From: Ylistrum balloti
Taxonomy: Eukaryota
DNA length: 64,000 nt
Assembly (NCBI RefSeq): GCF_031769215.1
Contig: NW_026782107.1
Coordinates: 496,001-560,000, forward strand
Direction: 5' to 3'
Part shown: positions 10,901 to 24,600 of the stretch, in pieces
Numbering within the stretch: the stretch's first letter is position 1
Layout: each line of letters opens with the position of its first letter
Notes under the pieces: generated by a model
Told to the model about the DNA's origin: nothing
Databases searched by the model: none
Seen by the model: only the letters and a program-made list of their open reading frames with translations
Program-made: the position numbers and the translations under genes

Positions 10901-13900
10901 ATGAGACTAACAAAGCGTGCAGAGTGTCGTGCTGTGTCAAGTAGTCGTCCTGACCTTAATGGCTTCACAAATGAGCACACAGGTCGATTTGTAGCATTCT
11001 CATCCTGGTTGTGAAGATAAAACATACATAGATATGTAGTAAACAAAGATTTGGAATTAGAATTCTCATAATTCACCCTCAATTAGAGTTGTAGCCAAAC
11101 AGCTGCAGTAAAAAGACTTACCTGAAATATATAACTGTAACCAAATTATAATAGTTCAATACTGAATTGAATTTGGTCCTGAACAAATAAACAGAAAGCG
11201 AGAATTTGGACCAATGTCAATATATTCTACAAACATTACATTTCATTTTACTTCAGAAATTTTCTTGAAATCTGGAAATACACCAGATGACGTTACAGTA
11301 GAGTGCTCACTGTGATAGCCAAAAAGATAATAAACCTGTAGTCTGAAATTAATTGATGAACTTTTCTAGGATATGCAATATTTTCTCAAATGATTTACCT
11401 GAGCAAATATTTTAACAAGTCTATCGCTATGTTCAGGTCTTATCTGGAGGTATTCTTTCCACCACTGCTTTGCATAAACAAGAAATAGCCGTTCTCTCTC
11501 TGCCTGTCGATTTTTCTCCATGGTCAGTTGTGCTGTCAGTATATCCTGACCGACAGATTTTTGTACCTTAGGGAAAAGTTCCAACAAAATCTCCAATATT
11601 CCAGCTGCCACTTTACTTTCACTTCCTGAAAACAGAGGCAATTAGATGGAATATAACCAAAATCAAAATCAGTTAAAACACAAACACTATCTATTTAAAC
11701 TAAAATAAATATACTTATCGCACAAAAAAAATAAGATATCTCCAGTATAATGTCCTCACCAGTGCGAAGTGGTTAAAAATTCATTGATATCAATATTGGC
11801 TTGGAGTCAGTGAATGTCACAACTCTGTCCCTATAAGAAGTTCAGGAAATAAGCAACATGTGCTTGGGTTCTCATTCGAATGATAATTATCGTTTGAATG
11901 CACAGAACCTTTATTTCCTTCACTTTTTATTGGGACAGATTTCTGAAGTTCATCCACACCAAGCCGATATATAAAAGTCGATAGAATGTCAAAATAATTT
12001 GAACTACTTATCAGGTAAATGCACTTAGGCTGTAATCTTATTTTAATAACACTTTCCAATGCTGAAAGTATTGCACTAAATTATGATTGCACTAATAAGT
12101 TTCTGAATATTCTTCATAAGTGGCAGTCATTGTATAGACATTATTTCCATCACTGTACTAATTTACCAAAAATTAATATTGTGCTAACATGTGATTATAC
12201 CAAAATACGTATGTTTATGGTTCTTCGTTTTATTAGCAATTGCTTTTTGCTGGGTTCCCGAGCACATGGGAATACCAAGCAATGAAAAAGCAGATCGTGT
12301 AGCAAATGAAGCTTTATCGCTACCACCTGTTGTTTTTAAACTTTGTTTTACAGATTTTAAACCATTTATTAAACAAATTTACAAGCTCAGTGGCAGGAGG
12401 AATGGAATACATATACCAATAACCAATTGCACTCTGTTAAGCCTGTTATTGGTGAATGGTCTCCAGGCTATAGAGACAACCACCAAGATGAAGTTGTCCT
12501 TGCCAGTCTTCGGATGGGTTATACATACCATAAACATTCATATATGTTGAAAGGCGAAGATAATCCTTGGTGCATAGGATATGATGAGTCATTTACAATT
12601 AAACATTTTTTATTGGACTGCAGTGACCTTCTGTTTACTCGAGAATGTTTTTATCATAACATTACATGTCTAAAATCCCTTTTGAAACTGTTGAGATTTG
12701 TAAAATTCTATATTACCTGAAAGATGTTGGTCTATATAATAGACTATGATGTACCATTTTTATCTTTTGTGTTAACATACCCATTTAAGATTTTTAACAT
12801 TTGTCTTTTACCTTTTGGTTTGTTTAATGCTATTTCCTTATGGATCGCTGTGTGTTTTACCGTATGATGGCCCTAATGAACTTTTATGTGTTGACGGGCC
12901 GTTAAGAATGTAAAAATAAAATAAAATAAATTAATAAATCTTTGTTTTATTCCATCTCTACAAATAACTTATCTGACTAGCCTTGATAAAGCACATGACT
13001 TATAAATTCAACCCAAGTTCCATGAACTTAGGAACTAAGAACCTGGAAATGTGAATACAAGGGCTTACCAATGCCCTTCAGCTCTAAAGACATGGACAGT
13101 CTTCCCCCTGATGCTGCAAGAACTGGACGCCATTCAAAGAAGTGTGAGGATACCAGGCTTGTCTCCCCTATCATGTCTGTCTTGACAAGCACCAGATGAA
13201 TTGGGTCAGATATAGAAAGCATGGATGAAGGGTCTGCCATCTTTGCTGCTTCTCCTGCCATGAAGAAAGAAAATGACTGAATCACATCTCCTGAACAGAA
13301 TTTGAAGATTTTTGTTAATTATTTGCAGATTACTATAACATTTATAATGCTTTTTGCTGATGACATTATGAAATGTATTCATCACAACTCTTGATTTATG
13401 GTCTGGTATATCTCTAATTTTTTACAATCTACAGAAATTATTTCAGCTAAAAAATACCTGCAGATTCTTTATGTAACTCTAGGAGAAAACCTTCTTCAAT
13501 GCTGGGTTCACAGGCACATGGCACAGGTCGTGATCGAAATCTCTGTCCACGAAAGTACAGATAGAAGGTGAAGTGGGAGGTTACCTGCCCAGGAACTGGG
13601 TCAGTATCTTCAATATGTTCCAAGAAAGCCTTACCACTGCGAATGTGGAAATAAAGGTAGCGTCGTGTAGGGTCAATATTAGCTGCAACAGCAACAAAAT
13701 AAATTTTTTAATTAGGTTAAATATCTTGTTTTCAGAATAAAAGAAATGCAACTGTCTATTCTTTTTTCTCCCTTTTCACCAAATATAGTGCCAGTGTTTA
13801 AAACAAAACTTCCTCTTTTTAGAGTAATCAGCACCTTTGAAAAAAATCTGTTCCAATTAAAAAATCAGAGGTTTTTGCTTAAGTAAAACTATCAAAGAGA

Positions 13901-16900
13901 CTTCTTAAGATAAAATTTATGACTTTTCATATCAACTTTATTTACAACAAAAGTTCTTCACAAAAAAAAGTCTTCAATAAGGTCTATTGTATTTTTTCTT
14001 TTGTTTTCAAAACTTGGTAAATAATCTGATAAATACTGAGCTGACCAGTCAGTTGTAAGTAAGTAGTTATACATTTCTAAAGAACATGTGTTCAAAATGA
14101 TGAAAGTAATAAATCTATGGTCAATGACAACAATAAAATGCATTTATTAACTACAGAATTTCTTCTCTTAATACTACCTTTCTTAGAAGGTAACTGTGTC
14201 AGTCTGTCGTCCTTGTCCAGGAAGTGCGTAGCAGGACGACCATTGTTTGCCCCTCCACTACTGCTATCGAACTGAAGTTTTTGGAGGATGTCATCTACCA
14301 GTCCTCGTTGCTTAAGCTTTTGCAGTAACTCTTCTTCTCCAACCTGGTCCATTCGCCCTGGATACTCGTCTTGAATTGATTCAGATATTATGTCTCGAAT
14401 ACGATTTTGTACATCCATCTGAAAAATAAAACCCCAATTATAACTAAATATCTTATAAACAGCTGAAGCATTAAACCTTGTAAGGCCTGTGATGCTTCAT
14501 TGTGGAAACACTTTTCTGATAGTGTTTTCTAGATTTTGTAAGGTCACTTTTCCTGTTCCAAGGTCAAAAGGACATGTGCATATATGTAGCAGAGGCGATT
14601 ATTTATTTCATTGCCTCCACTAGGAATCAAGCCAAGCAGTATTTTGCAGCAAGTATTTTACCAGGGTTACATATAACAGAATCAGTAAATTGAGGACTTA
14701 TTATGAATTTGTAACAATCATTGGTTTACAGAATAAGAAAACCAATGCATTACTAGAAGAGTAAATAACAAAGAGATCCATTTTAAAAATAGTTTTTGTA
14801 CGTATCTGTATATTTTTTCAATGCATGATTCAAAACTGATTTATGCCCTTCATGTTGGTACTATCAATTATAAAATAAGAAACAGCTAATTGCTTATTGG
14901 GAAATAAAACTGATGAGGGACAGTGATTTTTGGGACTCTGATATTTGAGTTATGGTCTTGTGCTTTTCCTGTGGGACGCTCAAATAGTAAGACCCTTATA
15001 TCTTTTTGTATAAGGATTCATCAAAATTTTGGAATTAAGTGTTTTGGACTAGTCATAAAAAATCCTAAAAAATTACTGAGGACAGGCAATATTTAATATG
15101 AATTTTGCATGCAAGCATCATTGCATTAGCTCACATACAAAATTACAACTGACCTTTAAATGAATATTTACAATGGAGAAATCTTCTATTTGACATCATA
15201 CAACCTATACTCTTAAGCTGTAATGTGTGTTCTTCCATACACTAGGACATGTGCATACTCCTCTAAATACCTTTACCTTCAGAAGGAAACAATCGTATGG
15301 TATGGAAAAAAAGGATTAAGGATTTTGAACTAATTAGCCATTCAACACATTAATTGATGTGTCACATGTTTATTATAGTTCATCATTGCGGATATTTATG
15401 GTAGCATTTTAAAAGTTTTTTTTCTTACTTTTTTTTTCAAACTTTGTTTGGGAAGTCTTGGTTTAGAGAATTGATTATCTTAGTTAACTTGTTGATTAAT
15501 TGAATAATAAAAATGTGATTTTCATGTAATATGGCATTCTTGGTGGTACAATGTTGACTTCTGAAGCTAGTATTTTTTTCAATATTTTAGATAAAAACAT
15601 TCTTTGATATGTTGGGGTGAAGAATGATATACTTTGCTCTGAATGTCACAAAATGTGGTAAAACTCTAGGCAGAGACACGGTTTTACAATATTTTGTGGC
15701 CTCTCGGGTGGAATATCCCTAACCTACACCCGAACAAATGAAAGAGTCTTATAACATTTTATATCTGAGGATGTTTAGGTAGCAGTAAACAGTTAATTTG
15801 CATTTTTCCTGAAATTATTTGTCATGTTTGAGATATACAGGTATAGCAGATTGGTTACGAAAAATACATCATTACATGTATATATATTTATAAACTACAT
15901 AACAATTACATTAACAGTAGAGAGATGAAATTTGTGTGAAAAAAAAAATTTCCTCTGATTTCTGACATTTGATTGTCATGGTTACCTACTGAAAAAATGC
16001 TAAAAATGCAAAAATACTGCTAATTCCAACCTAACACTACAACTTTCTAGAAGAAATTTAATTCTAAACACCTATCTTACAATCAACAACACTGTCTTGG
16101 TAACAAAGTACTTATATTTCAGCAAATTCCAACTCGGAAATTCTTCATAACATGACCACATGTAAACACTTTGAAAATTTCACTTCCTGTAAAGCTAGTT
16201 TTTGGTGCGTAGACACAGATTCGAGACTGCCCAAATAGTAATCTCCAACACAAAGCTAAAATATTATCCTGAAAAAATGAAACCCCACATTGTCCACTTT
16301 AACATGACAGGACCAATTTTAGCAAGTATTTTTTTTCATTTTTAATTAAAATCTTTATAATGGGGTAATCAAATGAGCAAAAAAAAATCACCCATGGCCA
16401 CACCGAGAAACTGTGTACTGCTACCTTAATCGTAAAATTGTGTGCAGTGAAACTTTCCCAAACCAATCCTTCTCAAAATCAATCACGCCTTGAAAGTAAA
16501 TGAAATTGTGATGTACAGAATGATATCCTCTTTATAATTGTAATAAAAATCTCCCCAATATTGATCCTTCTCAATTCAGAATACTAAATAAATTTTGTTT
16601 CCAAAACGATTGAAGTATACTGATAATTACTTCTGAATACCTGCATTATCTGAATGATCAAAACCAAAGTTCTTATCAGTGGACCAAGAAATCAACAACC
16701 GTGTTGACAGTTGTAGGCTTTCACCTCCAGTACATACCTGTCATGGGTAGGTTAATGGTACACAACACCTACCCTGATTAGTAAGATTATAATAAATAAT
16801 ATACATAATTAACTCCAATGACAAACCACTGAAGCGAGCGAGTATTTTTGGATGTTAGGAAATATTGGATCATTCTGGTTTAGCTAGCAGACAGACTTGT

Positions 16901-17366
16901 TACATACACGTATTCTATGTTAAATGGATTTCTTTTTTATCTCCAGGAACGTGTAATGTTTTAGAAATCAGAATCATCTGAGTTCCAAGTAACTTAGACT
17001 AATTGTTCAGATACCGTTCGCAATAATTACCTCTCCGCAATACATAATGCGGTCCGGAACCGACGTCAAGATGACAGTCTGGTGTCATGTAAATTAATAT
17101 TCACCGTGTTTTTGCTAGACAATTTAGACCATAACTCAACAAACGAAATGAAATTTGGTGCAAATTAAAAAAAAACAAAGTCAGGTAATATATATTATCA
17201 ATCCAGAGTAGACTACATCTTCAGAATCTCTATTACTAGCAAATGCCAATGACAGAACTTGCTGCTGCATGTTTTGACCTGGAACTTGTAAACATCTATT
17301 TACCTGCGAAAGCTGCGAATGGATAATTTGCTTCAACTCGGAGATCTTCTCTGGTGGGAGTGCCAT
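7971..17366 (-). CDS. CEP76: Centrosomal protein of 76 kDa (C2 plus transglutaminase-like domains), 12 exons, 662 aa
   Basis: Exons (minus): 17366-17304, 14418-14178, 13682-13458, 13254-13069, 11625-11399, 11004-10813, 10432-10269, 10034-9914, 9482-9270, 8766-8679, 8505-8376, 8109-7971. Total 1989 nt, all GT-AG, phases consistent. MALPPEKISELKQIIHSQLSQMDVQNRI, RERLFLVYAKQWWKEYLQIRP and AAKYKSVL* match human CEP76 as recalled. Confidence 0.96.
12235..12940 (+). mobile_element. 5'-truncated RNase H-bearing LINE (I/Nimb-like), 3' end, in a CEP76 intron
   Basis: FCWVPEHMGIPSNEKADRVA (RNase H C-terminus), EVVLASLRMGYTY...WCIGYDESFTIKHFLLDC (C-terminal zinc-finger region), a 3'UTR with a GGCCC..GGGCC stem, and an A-rich (TAAAA)n tail at ~12910-12940. 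Same family as 57535-60418. Confidence 0.85.
15778..16425. mobile_element. Non-autonomous TIR element (Kolobok-like: TTAA target, GG terminus) in CEP76 intron 1
   Basis: Left end GGTAGCAGTAAACAGTT and right end AACTGTGTACTGCTACC are inverted repeats (16/17 match). Flanks are TTTA and TTAA. No ORF. Confidence 0.6.
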
Positions 17367-17620
17367 CTCAGTTGATCTGTGTTAAATGCGGTTCAATTAT
17401 CAAAAATAATCCGGCAAACTTTTCGATGTAAATTGATGTCACATTTTCCATGCGGGAATGTTTTCGAATATGGCCGCGAATGACGTTATGCGCATGCGTA
17501 AATTTTGCCGGCCTTGCGAGGTCATCTTTCGTTTTCGCAATTTCATTTCCGTTTGTTATCAACGTAAATATTTGTCACATGTGAATGACATAGAAATTAT
17601 GGTTTAGAAGAAACATTGAA
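17367..17620. promoter_or_regulatory. Putative bidirectional promoter between CEP76 and MEAK7
   Basis: Only 254 bp separate the divergent ATGs. Locally CpG-rich, with an NRF1-like TGCGCATGCG at ~17488-17497 and a CRE-like TGACGT at ~17481. Confidence 0.65.
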
Positions 17621-20600
17621 ATGGGAACCGCCGAGAGCAAAGATGGGGACGACTATGTCGAAGGAGGATTATTTTCAGTGGAAGAACAAATTGTTATAAA
17701 ACAAGTACATAAGGAAATTTCAGTTTCAGAAGATTTGTTCAAGGTATGTAATGATTACTGTAACTTGTAAGCCAGATATATTAAAATAACAATTTTTACA
17801 AATCCTTATTTCATTATATTTTTCTTTACATGTATTTACGTTTTAAGGGTATAGTAGACTACATAGTTAATATATTTTATTTAAAAAATCTCTTAGATAT
17901 ACCACATATATTTATACACACACATTATATAAAACCAGAGACGTATATATACGTCTCTGATATAACTAGTTCTCTAATGAACATAACTTATGTCATTATT
18001 AAATGAAGAGCATACCTGATGACATATTCAACAATGGATATGATATATATTTCTTTAATGAAAACACTGTAGATGTAACAAGCAAGGATTTGAACCAGGG
18101 ATTCTCTGAACTGAAAGAAGGATGCAGTTTCCAGAGGTTAGAGCAGCAATGCTTATTGGGCAAGGATGAATCTTATTTTCAAGTCCTCACACGAATGCCA
18201 ATTAAACAGGAACGGTGGGGAATGGGGGGGTAGGGTGTAGCTTTACCCTTGTCTGTCCATCCCATTGCATTGTTGTCCTCTAAGTCAATATCTTAAGGTA
18301 ATCTAAATTGGTTCATATTTACCATCATTTAGCACCATAACATCAAGTTCTACACTGGATCAGGTTCTGGTTTGCATAGGAGCATTGATGTCTTATAAAC
18401 ATTTTCGTGTCTTGCAACTCTGATACATTCTTCCAAATGAGCTCAAATATAGAGATTTTTTCTGAAGCTCACTAAGATGTTTAATTGAGCTGTAGTCATA
18501 AAAGCCTGGCCTTTTCTGTTTCATCCTTAGTTCACATCAAATTTTTACTGATTATACATTTATGTTCATAAAAATTGATTAACGTATCCAGTATATTTCT
18601 TTTCAGAATCATTTAAAACTGCTGGACAACAAATTATCAGAAAACCTGCTGAAATATTTATCCAGTCTAGCATCTCGTCCTCACAAAGGTGTTTTATTTA
18701 CCTATCGTCAATTTCATATGCTCCTCAGTCAGCTATTCCGTGGAAGCTCAACAGACAAAGCAAGTGCTCTAAAGGGTTTGTGCTCTCAAAGTAAAGAGAT
18801 CTCATCAGAAGATCTGTTTCAGGTAAAGGAAGTTTAATTGCTATTTGTTGATCATGTGATTTCATAATCCATAGAAACATCCACTTCAATTTTTATCATT
18901 GTATTCTGCTGTTAGCCCATCACAAATATTTTCAGACTGTTTATTTTCCTTTTACCAGCCTGATTTTAATTCAAACAACACTTTTTGAAGCCTAAGACAT
19001 GATGCATGCTTGATCATACAATAGATAAATTATTCTGACAGCATGGATACAGGCGCATTGACTAGAATGAAAATTTATACATCTATCTTTCTCTTAAGGC
19101 TGTATTACAGTTGGTCAAAGCTTACAGAAAAGTGACTAAACATCTACCACTATGGTCAAAATGGAAACTTGATCAAGAAACTGACCAGCACCAAAAGGAA
19201 TTTACCTTTGGATTATTACAGGAACTGTTTAATAAAGGTTTGTATAGTGACAGTTTCTTACCGCTTGGGGAAAGTTATGAATTGTTACAAAAATTTTGTT
19301 CTTGACAGAAAACAGTCAGGTGGTCATAATAATCTCCGTTGTTCGAGTCACATGAATTATATTGGAGCAATTATACTCGGCTGTGTTCCAAAGATGGACA
19401 TTTTTTAAAACTCTATCACACATTGGATGTCTTAAATGATTATATTTATTACCAGAATTCAGTGGTGTTTGTTGTTACTCATTGTTTCCACTTTATTGTC
19501 TTTGCATTGATGATTTTAATTGATTACCGTTTAGTATCCTCATTTGGATCCTTGCCGATCCCAAGGAACTGATAGCCATGTAGATGAGGACCTGTTACTA
19601 AATTTAACTTTGTTTCAGGGCTAAGTAAGAAGGGTCCAGTACCAGAAGCCAAGATTCCAGCTGATGTCACCTACACCGAAGCTGATGTGGAAGACTTGCT
19701 ACATAAATCTCCACTATTTTTACAAGTGTGTGATGCTGTGTTCATGACATTATTTCCAATTAGCAATGATGTGAGTATTCGTGGATATAACTTTAAAAGT
19801 TTTTTTCATGGTTTCAGTATTTAGCTCACTGCTACAATGTGCCTTACATTACAGTTATTAATTATTATTCTAATATTACACAATGCACAGAAGCATTTTA
19901 AATATAAATATTTATAAGACATAAAGATATGTTGGTGAGTACATGTACAGGATGTCTGAATGAGAGTCTAAAATGCTGATAACATGATATATTCATATTA
20001 GCAATATCAGAAATTACATTCTGTGCAATTCATACATTGTGTCAGCATTTAAAGTTTGCTGTATCTCTAGTTCCTTATGTGCCTTATTCACTCTGAAGTG
20101 ATGCCATATCTGGTAATAACCAGATTGTTTAAGCTCTTCAAATGTTATTACATTTTCCTGATAAGCCATTCCTTACCTTGAGACAGCAATAATGAGTTGG
20201 TCTCCAGGGAAAATTGTCACATGATAAGCCAATCCTTACCCTGAGAAAGAGATGATGAATTGTTTTCCTGGACTTATTGTCATGTGATAAGCCCATCATT
20301 ACCCCCAGACAGAGATAATGAGTTGGTCTGGACTTATTGTCATGTGATAAGCCATTGTAACTCAGAGACAGAGATGATGAATTGGTCTCCTGGAGAATTG
20401 TCATGTGATAAGCCCTTTGTTGCCCTTAAACAGGGATAATGACTTTGTCTCTTGGACTTATTGTCATGTGATTAGGCCATTGTTACCCTGAGACATGGAT
20501 CAAAAGTTGGTATCTTGGATTTGATGTTTGATAAGCCTATTGTTACCCGGAGACAGAGATAATGATTAAGTCTCCTGGACTTGTCATGTGATATGCTCAT

Positions 20601-23425
20601 CCTTACCCTGAAACAGGGATAATGACTTTGTCTCCTGGACTTATTGTCATGTGATAGGCTTTCTTTACCCTGGAACAGGGATAATGACTTTGTCTCCTGG
20701 ACTTATTGTCATGTGATAGGCTTTCTTTACCCTGAAACAGGGATAATGACTTTGTCTCCTGGACTTATTGTCATGTGATAAGCCCTTTGTTGCCCTGAAA
20801 CAGGGATAATGACTTGGTCTCCTGGACTTATTGTCATGTGATAGGCTTTCTTTACCCTGAAACATGGATAATGACTTGGTCTCCTGGACTTACTGTCATG
20901 TGGTAAGGCCATCGTTACCCTGAGACAGAGTTAATGAGTTGGTGTCCTGGGGTTATTGTCGGTTAAAGATGGTAGTAAAAATAAGGGATATCTACTTATG
21001 TTGATTAATGTCTGTGATGTGTATTTCTCTATATTTGTGTAGTTTTTGCTCTACCTTACATATATCACAGATTGTTTTGTGACTATTGTATCTTTTGACT
21101 TTACACAGGAGAATTCACGAACAGAGAGATTGTGTTCATTTGTACCCATTCCCATTACCATGGTACCTAACAAATCTATACTGGACCCTTATGCCATGAA
21201 GTTTTTAAACTTTAATCTACCAAAAGATCTACAGACGGAATGGAGACTTGTGTTCAGCAACAGTGTGTTTGGAGATAGTTTTACACAACTTGTGTCTCAC
21301 ATGTTGAACAAGGGCCCATCCCTTCTCATTGTTAAAGACAAGACTGGCCATGTATTTGGGGGATATGCCAGTGAAAAATGGCAACTCAACTCTAAATTTT
21401 ACGGTATTTGATTTATTATTTAAGAAATGAAATTCTTTAATATAAAGAGAATATCATATGGTCGATGAAATTACTTTAAACATGAGTTCTTTCTCTTCAT
21501 GCAGAAAAATATGTAAATATCTATTTGGTAGTCATGAACATGACTTTTTCACGTCTTTGACATTACAACATATATATGCTATATTCATATGTCCGTGTCC
21601 AAATATTTAAGAAGGACATTCAGAGACAAAGCATTTTATATTGATATTTCAGATAAATAATATTGATTGGTTGCTTGGTTGAAATCATATTCTTTATTAA
21701 TGATGCCGATACTTATCTTAAAAATACAAAATACATCATACTTAACATGAAACTATTTCTGTATTTACAGGCTCTTCTGATAACTTCTTATTCACCCTTT
21801 CTCCACAATATGGAATTTACAACACAACAACTTACAATTCCAACTACATGTATCTAAACCAAGGGCAACAGACTCTACCTAATGGACTGGTAAGTAGGTC
21901 ACTGTGACATAGGACCACCTGATACCCATTAATGGATTGCTAACTAGGTCACTGTGATAAAGGTTCATTTAATACATTCTAATGGATTGATAAGTAGGTC
22001 ACTGTGACAGGGGATCAGCTGGTACTAATTAATAGATTGCTAAATAGGTCAATTTTTATACAGAATCAGATCATGCTAACAAATGGATCAAAAGTAGGTC
22101 ACTGACATTCAGAATTTCGTGAAACTTATCCACCATGGAAGTAATTTTCATCCACAATCTACATTTTTTTCTTTCATTGTACTTGTCATGGGGCATGCAC
22201 TTTGAAATAAGTACTTCCTTGAAAAAAAGATCACCCAAAGCAAATCTTTTTGTCCCGGTAACTGTATGATCGCATTGCTGATTATCCTAGTTTATTGTTG
22301 GCAGCCAGTATATGTAGAGCTGCAGCCATTTTTTCACAAATGTTGTCAAGTTTAATGCTGCTTAATGTTACACTAGTGAATTCACATTGTTGCTTGCAGG
22401 GCATGGGTGGTCAGTTTGATTACTTTGGCCTGTGGATTGACCAGTCTTTTAACTATGGCCATAGTAAGGCACAGCCTCGTTGTACAACATATGCTAGTCC
22501 ACAGTTGTCAGGTACACCAGAGTTTGAGGTGGTTGCCCTGGAGGTGTGGGAGGTTGGACCAGAGCCCAAAGCTGACAGTGATGATGAGGAAGACAAAGAG
22601 GTAAGTGTACTGCCATTTATTGTGGATTAGATCAGTTGTTGGTTAAGTAATAAATCTGTGGAACATTGAGTGAGAGGCTCTGACCCTTATTATGGACAAG
22701 GTTTATCAGTTGGTTAATAAATGGGAAGGTAGGTACTATGAACAATATATTGAGTACAAAATCAATGGCTGGTTGTTAATGGTTAAAGTATATTCCACTT
22801 ATTATCACTTCCTGATTGTTTGGTCAGATTGTGATATTGAGTGGAATGTCATATTAATATGTGACTTTTTCTTTATAGCTGCTTAAATCCAAATCATTTT
22901 CTAGTAGCTCTTGATGTCTTGTCCCTGATTAATTTTAAGACAGGTCGGACAATGGTGAACAGATTAATTTTAAGACAAATGGTGAGAAAATAAATTAAAC
23001 TGCTTCCTGAAAGATGGCGACATGCTGTTTTGATATTCCAAACATGCTACCACTTGATCAATTAATTATTCCTTGAAAAAGCAACTGAAATCTGTAAGGA
23101 AAGAATCACACTAACATAGAACCAATGCAGGCTATACTGTGGAGGGTGCCAAGATCTCTCTAGGAAATCTTATTTTGATGTTTAGAAATGATTACAATTT
23201 ATGTTTGAATTAAAATCTGTCTTCATGAATTAAAATCTATAATAATGGAATGCTGTTTACCTCTAGGTGAAGAAAAGTATACTGGATGGTAACTCTGAGG
23301 CCAAAGCAATGCTCTCACTCATAGGTAAGGAACGAGTGAGCGAAGGTTATCGTGACGAGGATGACGACATGGAGATATCCGAGGACATGAAACGAAAGAT
23401 GAATACAATACCATCTCTTATATAG
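17621..23425 (+). CDS. MEAK7: MTOR-associated protein MEAK7 / TLDc domain-containing protein 1, 8 exons, 467 aa
   Basis: Exons: 17621-17743, 18607-18822, 19099-19237, 19619-19770, 21109-21403, 21771-21889, 22400-22600, 23267-23425. Total 1404 nt, GT-AG, phases consistent. N-terminal MG myristoylation motif; TLDc motifs GPSLLIVKD..GHVFGGYAS, YMYLNQGQQTLPNGL, GMGGQFDYFGLW; C-terminal KSILDG..SEG as in mEAK-7. Confidence 0.93.
17936..17959. repeat. Perfect 24-bp palindrome in MEAK7 intron 1
   Basis: CAGAGACGTATATATACGTCTCTG is its own reverse complement. Confidence 0.8.
20130..20960. repeat. 62-bp minisatellite, ~13 copies, MEAK7 intron 4
   Basis: GGACTTATTGTCATGTGATA...CCCTGAAACAGGGATAATGACTTTGTCTCCT at a 62-bp period (e.g. 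20641, 20703). Homogeneous centre, decayed edges. Confidence 0.92.
21880..22110 (+). repeat. ~55-60 bp degenerate tandem repeat copied from the MEAK7 exon 6 end and donor site
   Basis: The real junction AATGGACTG|GTAAGTAGGTCACTGTGAC is echoed as AATGGATTGCTAACTAGGTCACTGTG, AATGGATTGATAAGTAGGTCACTGTGAC and further copies. Confidence 0.75.
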
Positions 23426-24600
23426 ATCTGTGTAATGTTAAACCATCTAACTCCTGCCCAGATGACCAGCATATGGCTGCTGATTCCAAATAGGAAGATG
23501 GGCTCATAACAGGACAAGAGTGTAACATTTGTTAGTATTTCCACTCAACCTTGCAGTAGATTAGGCAGGCTTTTTACCAGACATGGGCTTATTGATGAAC
23601 GTATAAGGTCGTGATATATTATACCAGTATGTACATACTTGGTCGAATCAACAAAGCTCCTCTGTACATGCGAGGGTATGTATAACATGATTCTAACCCG
23701 TACAAACAGTTAACAAGTCTATTGAAAATGCAAGTTCTTATCATTCTGATTAAAACTAGATATTCATTCACTGCCGTACTCTCAATGTCATAATGAGCTA
23801 AAACTTGATATTAATTAGAGGGAGTTCTTTTCAACTGTATTCATCATTATGTTTAACCATCTTAGAAAAAACTCATGCCTGTGATTTTTTTTATACATTT
23901 TCCCAAAGTCTGTAGGCCCTTGAAAAGATGAATGTTTAAGTCACCTCCCTAGTCCTGAGCTTTGATCTTTCACAGCTAATAGATATTTTGTCAGAAGTAC
24001 TTAATAATGTAATACTTGTAATGTGTTGTGTTGTAATGAATGAAATGTATGCTGGCTGAATGACTTGTAATGGTACATGTCACTGTTATATAGCATTGTA
24101 ATAGTAACATACCTTTATTACTGTATACATACTTTGCTGGAATCAAATTTTAGTGTATAATCAGTTTTTGGGCAAATTAGATAAGAAAATGAATTAGTAT
24201 ATTCACAATATTTGCTGTGTATCAGTACAATAACTTTTACACGAGGTGCATTAAATTTCAGATCACCTCTACAGTATAGATAATTACAGTAATTGACTAT
24301 TATTGATGTTTCGAAGCATGTTTGAATGTTTCTGTTTAAGTACAGGGAGTATTACCTGTTTGTACCTCATTAATAATGATTGTTTTGTCCCGAATGCAAG
24401 CGGTTATTTTATATATACGATAAGGATTGGATGTATTTCGTTGTATAGCACGACTGTTATTTATAACTTTGTATGCACTGCTAAGTAGGATAACTGTGTA
24501 ATGTATGTAAACATTTGATATGGTAGATGTATATATCAAACATTTTTAGTTAGGAAATCAATCGCAACAGCTTCAGAGTAAGTTGATATGGATTTATTTT

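Noticed and set aside
20138-20912. Short repetitive ORFs (GLSHDNKSRR...)
   Set aside because: By-products of the 62-bp intronic minisatellite; the unit is not a multiple of 3.
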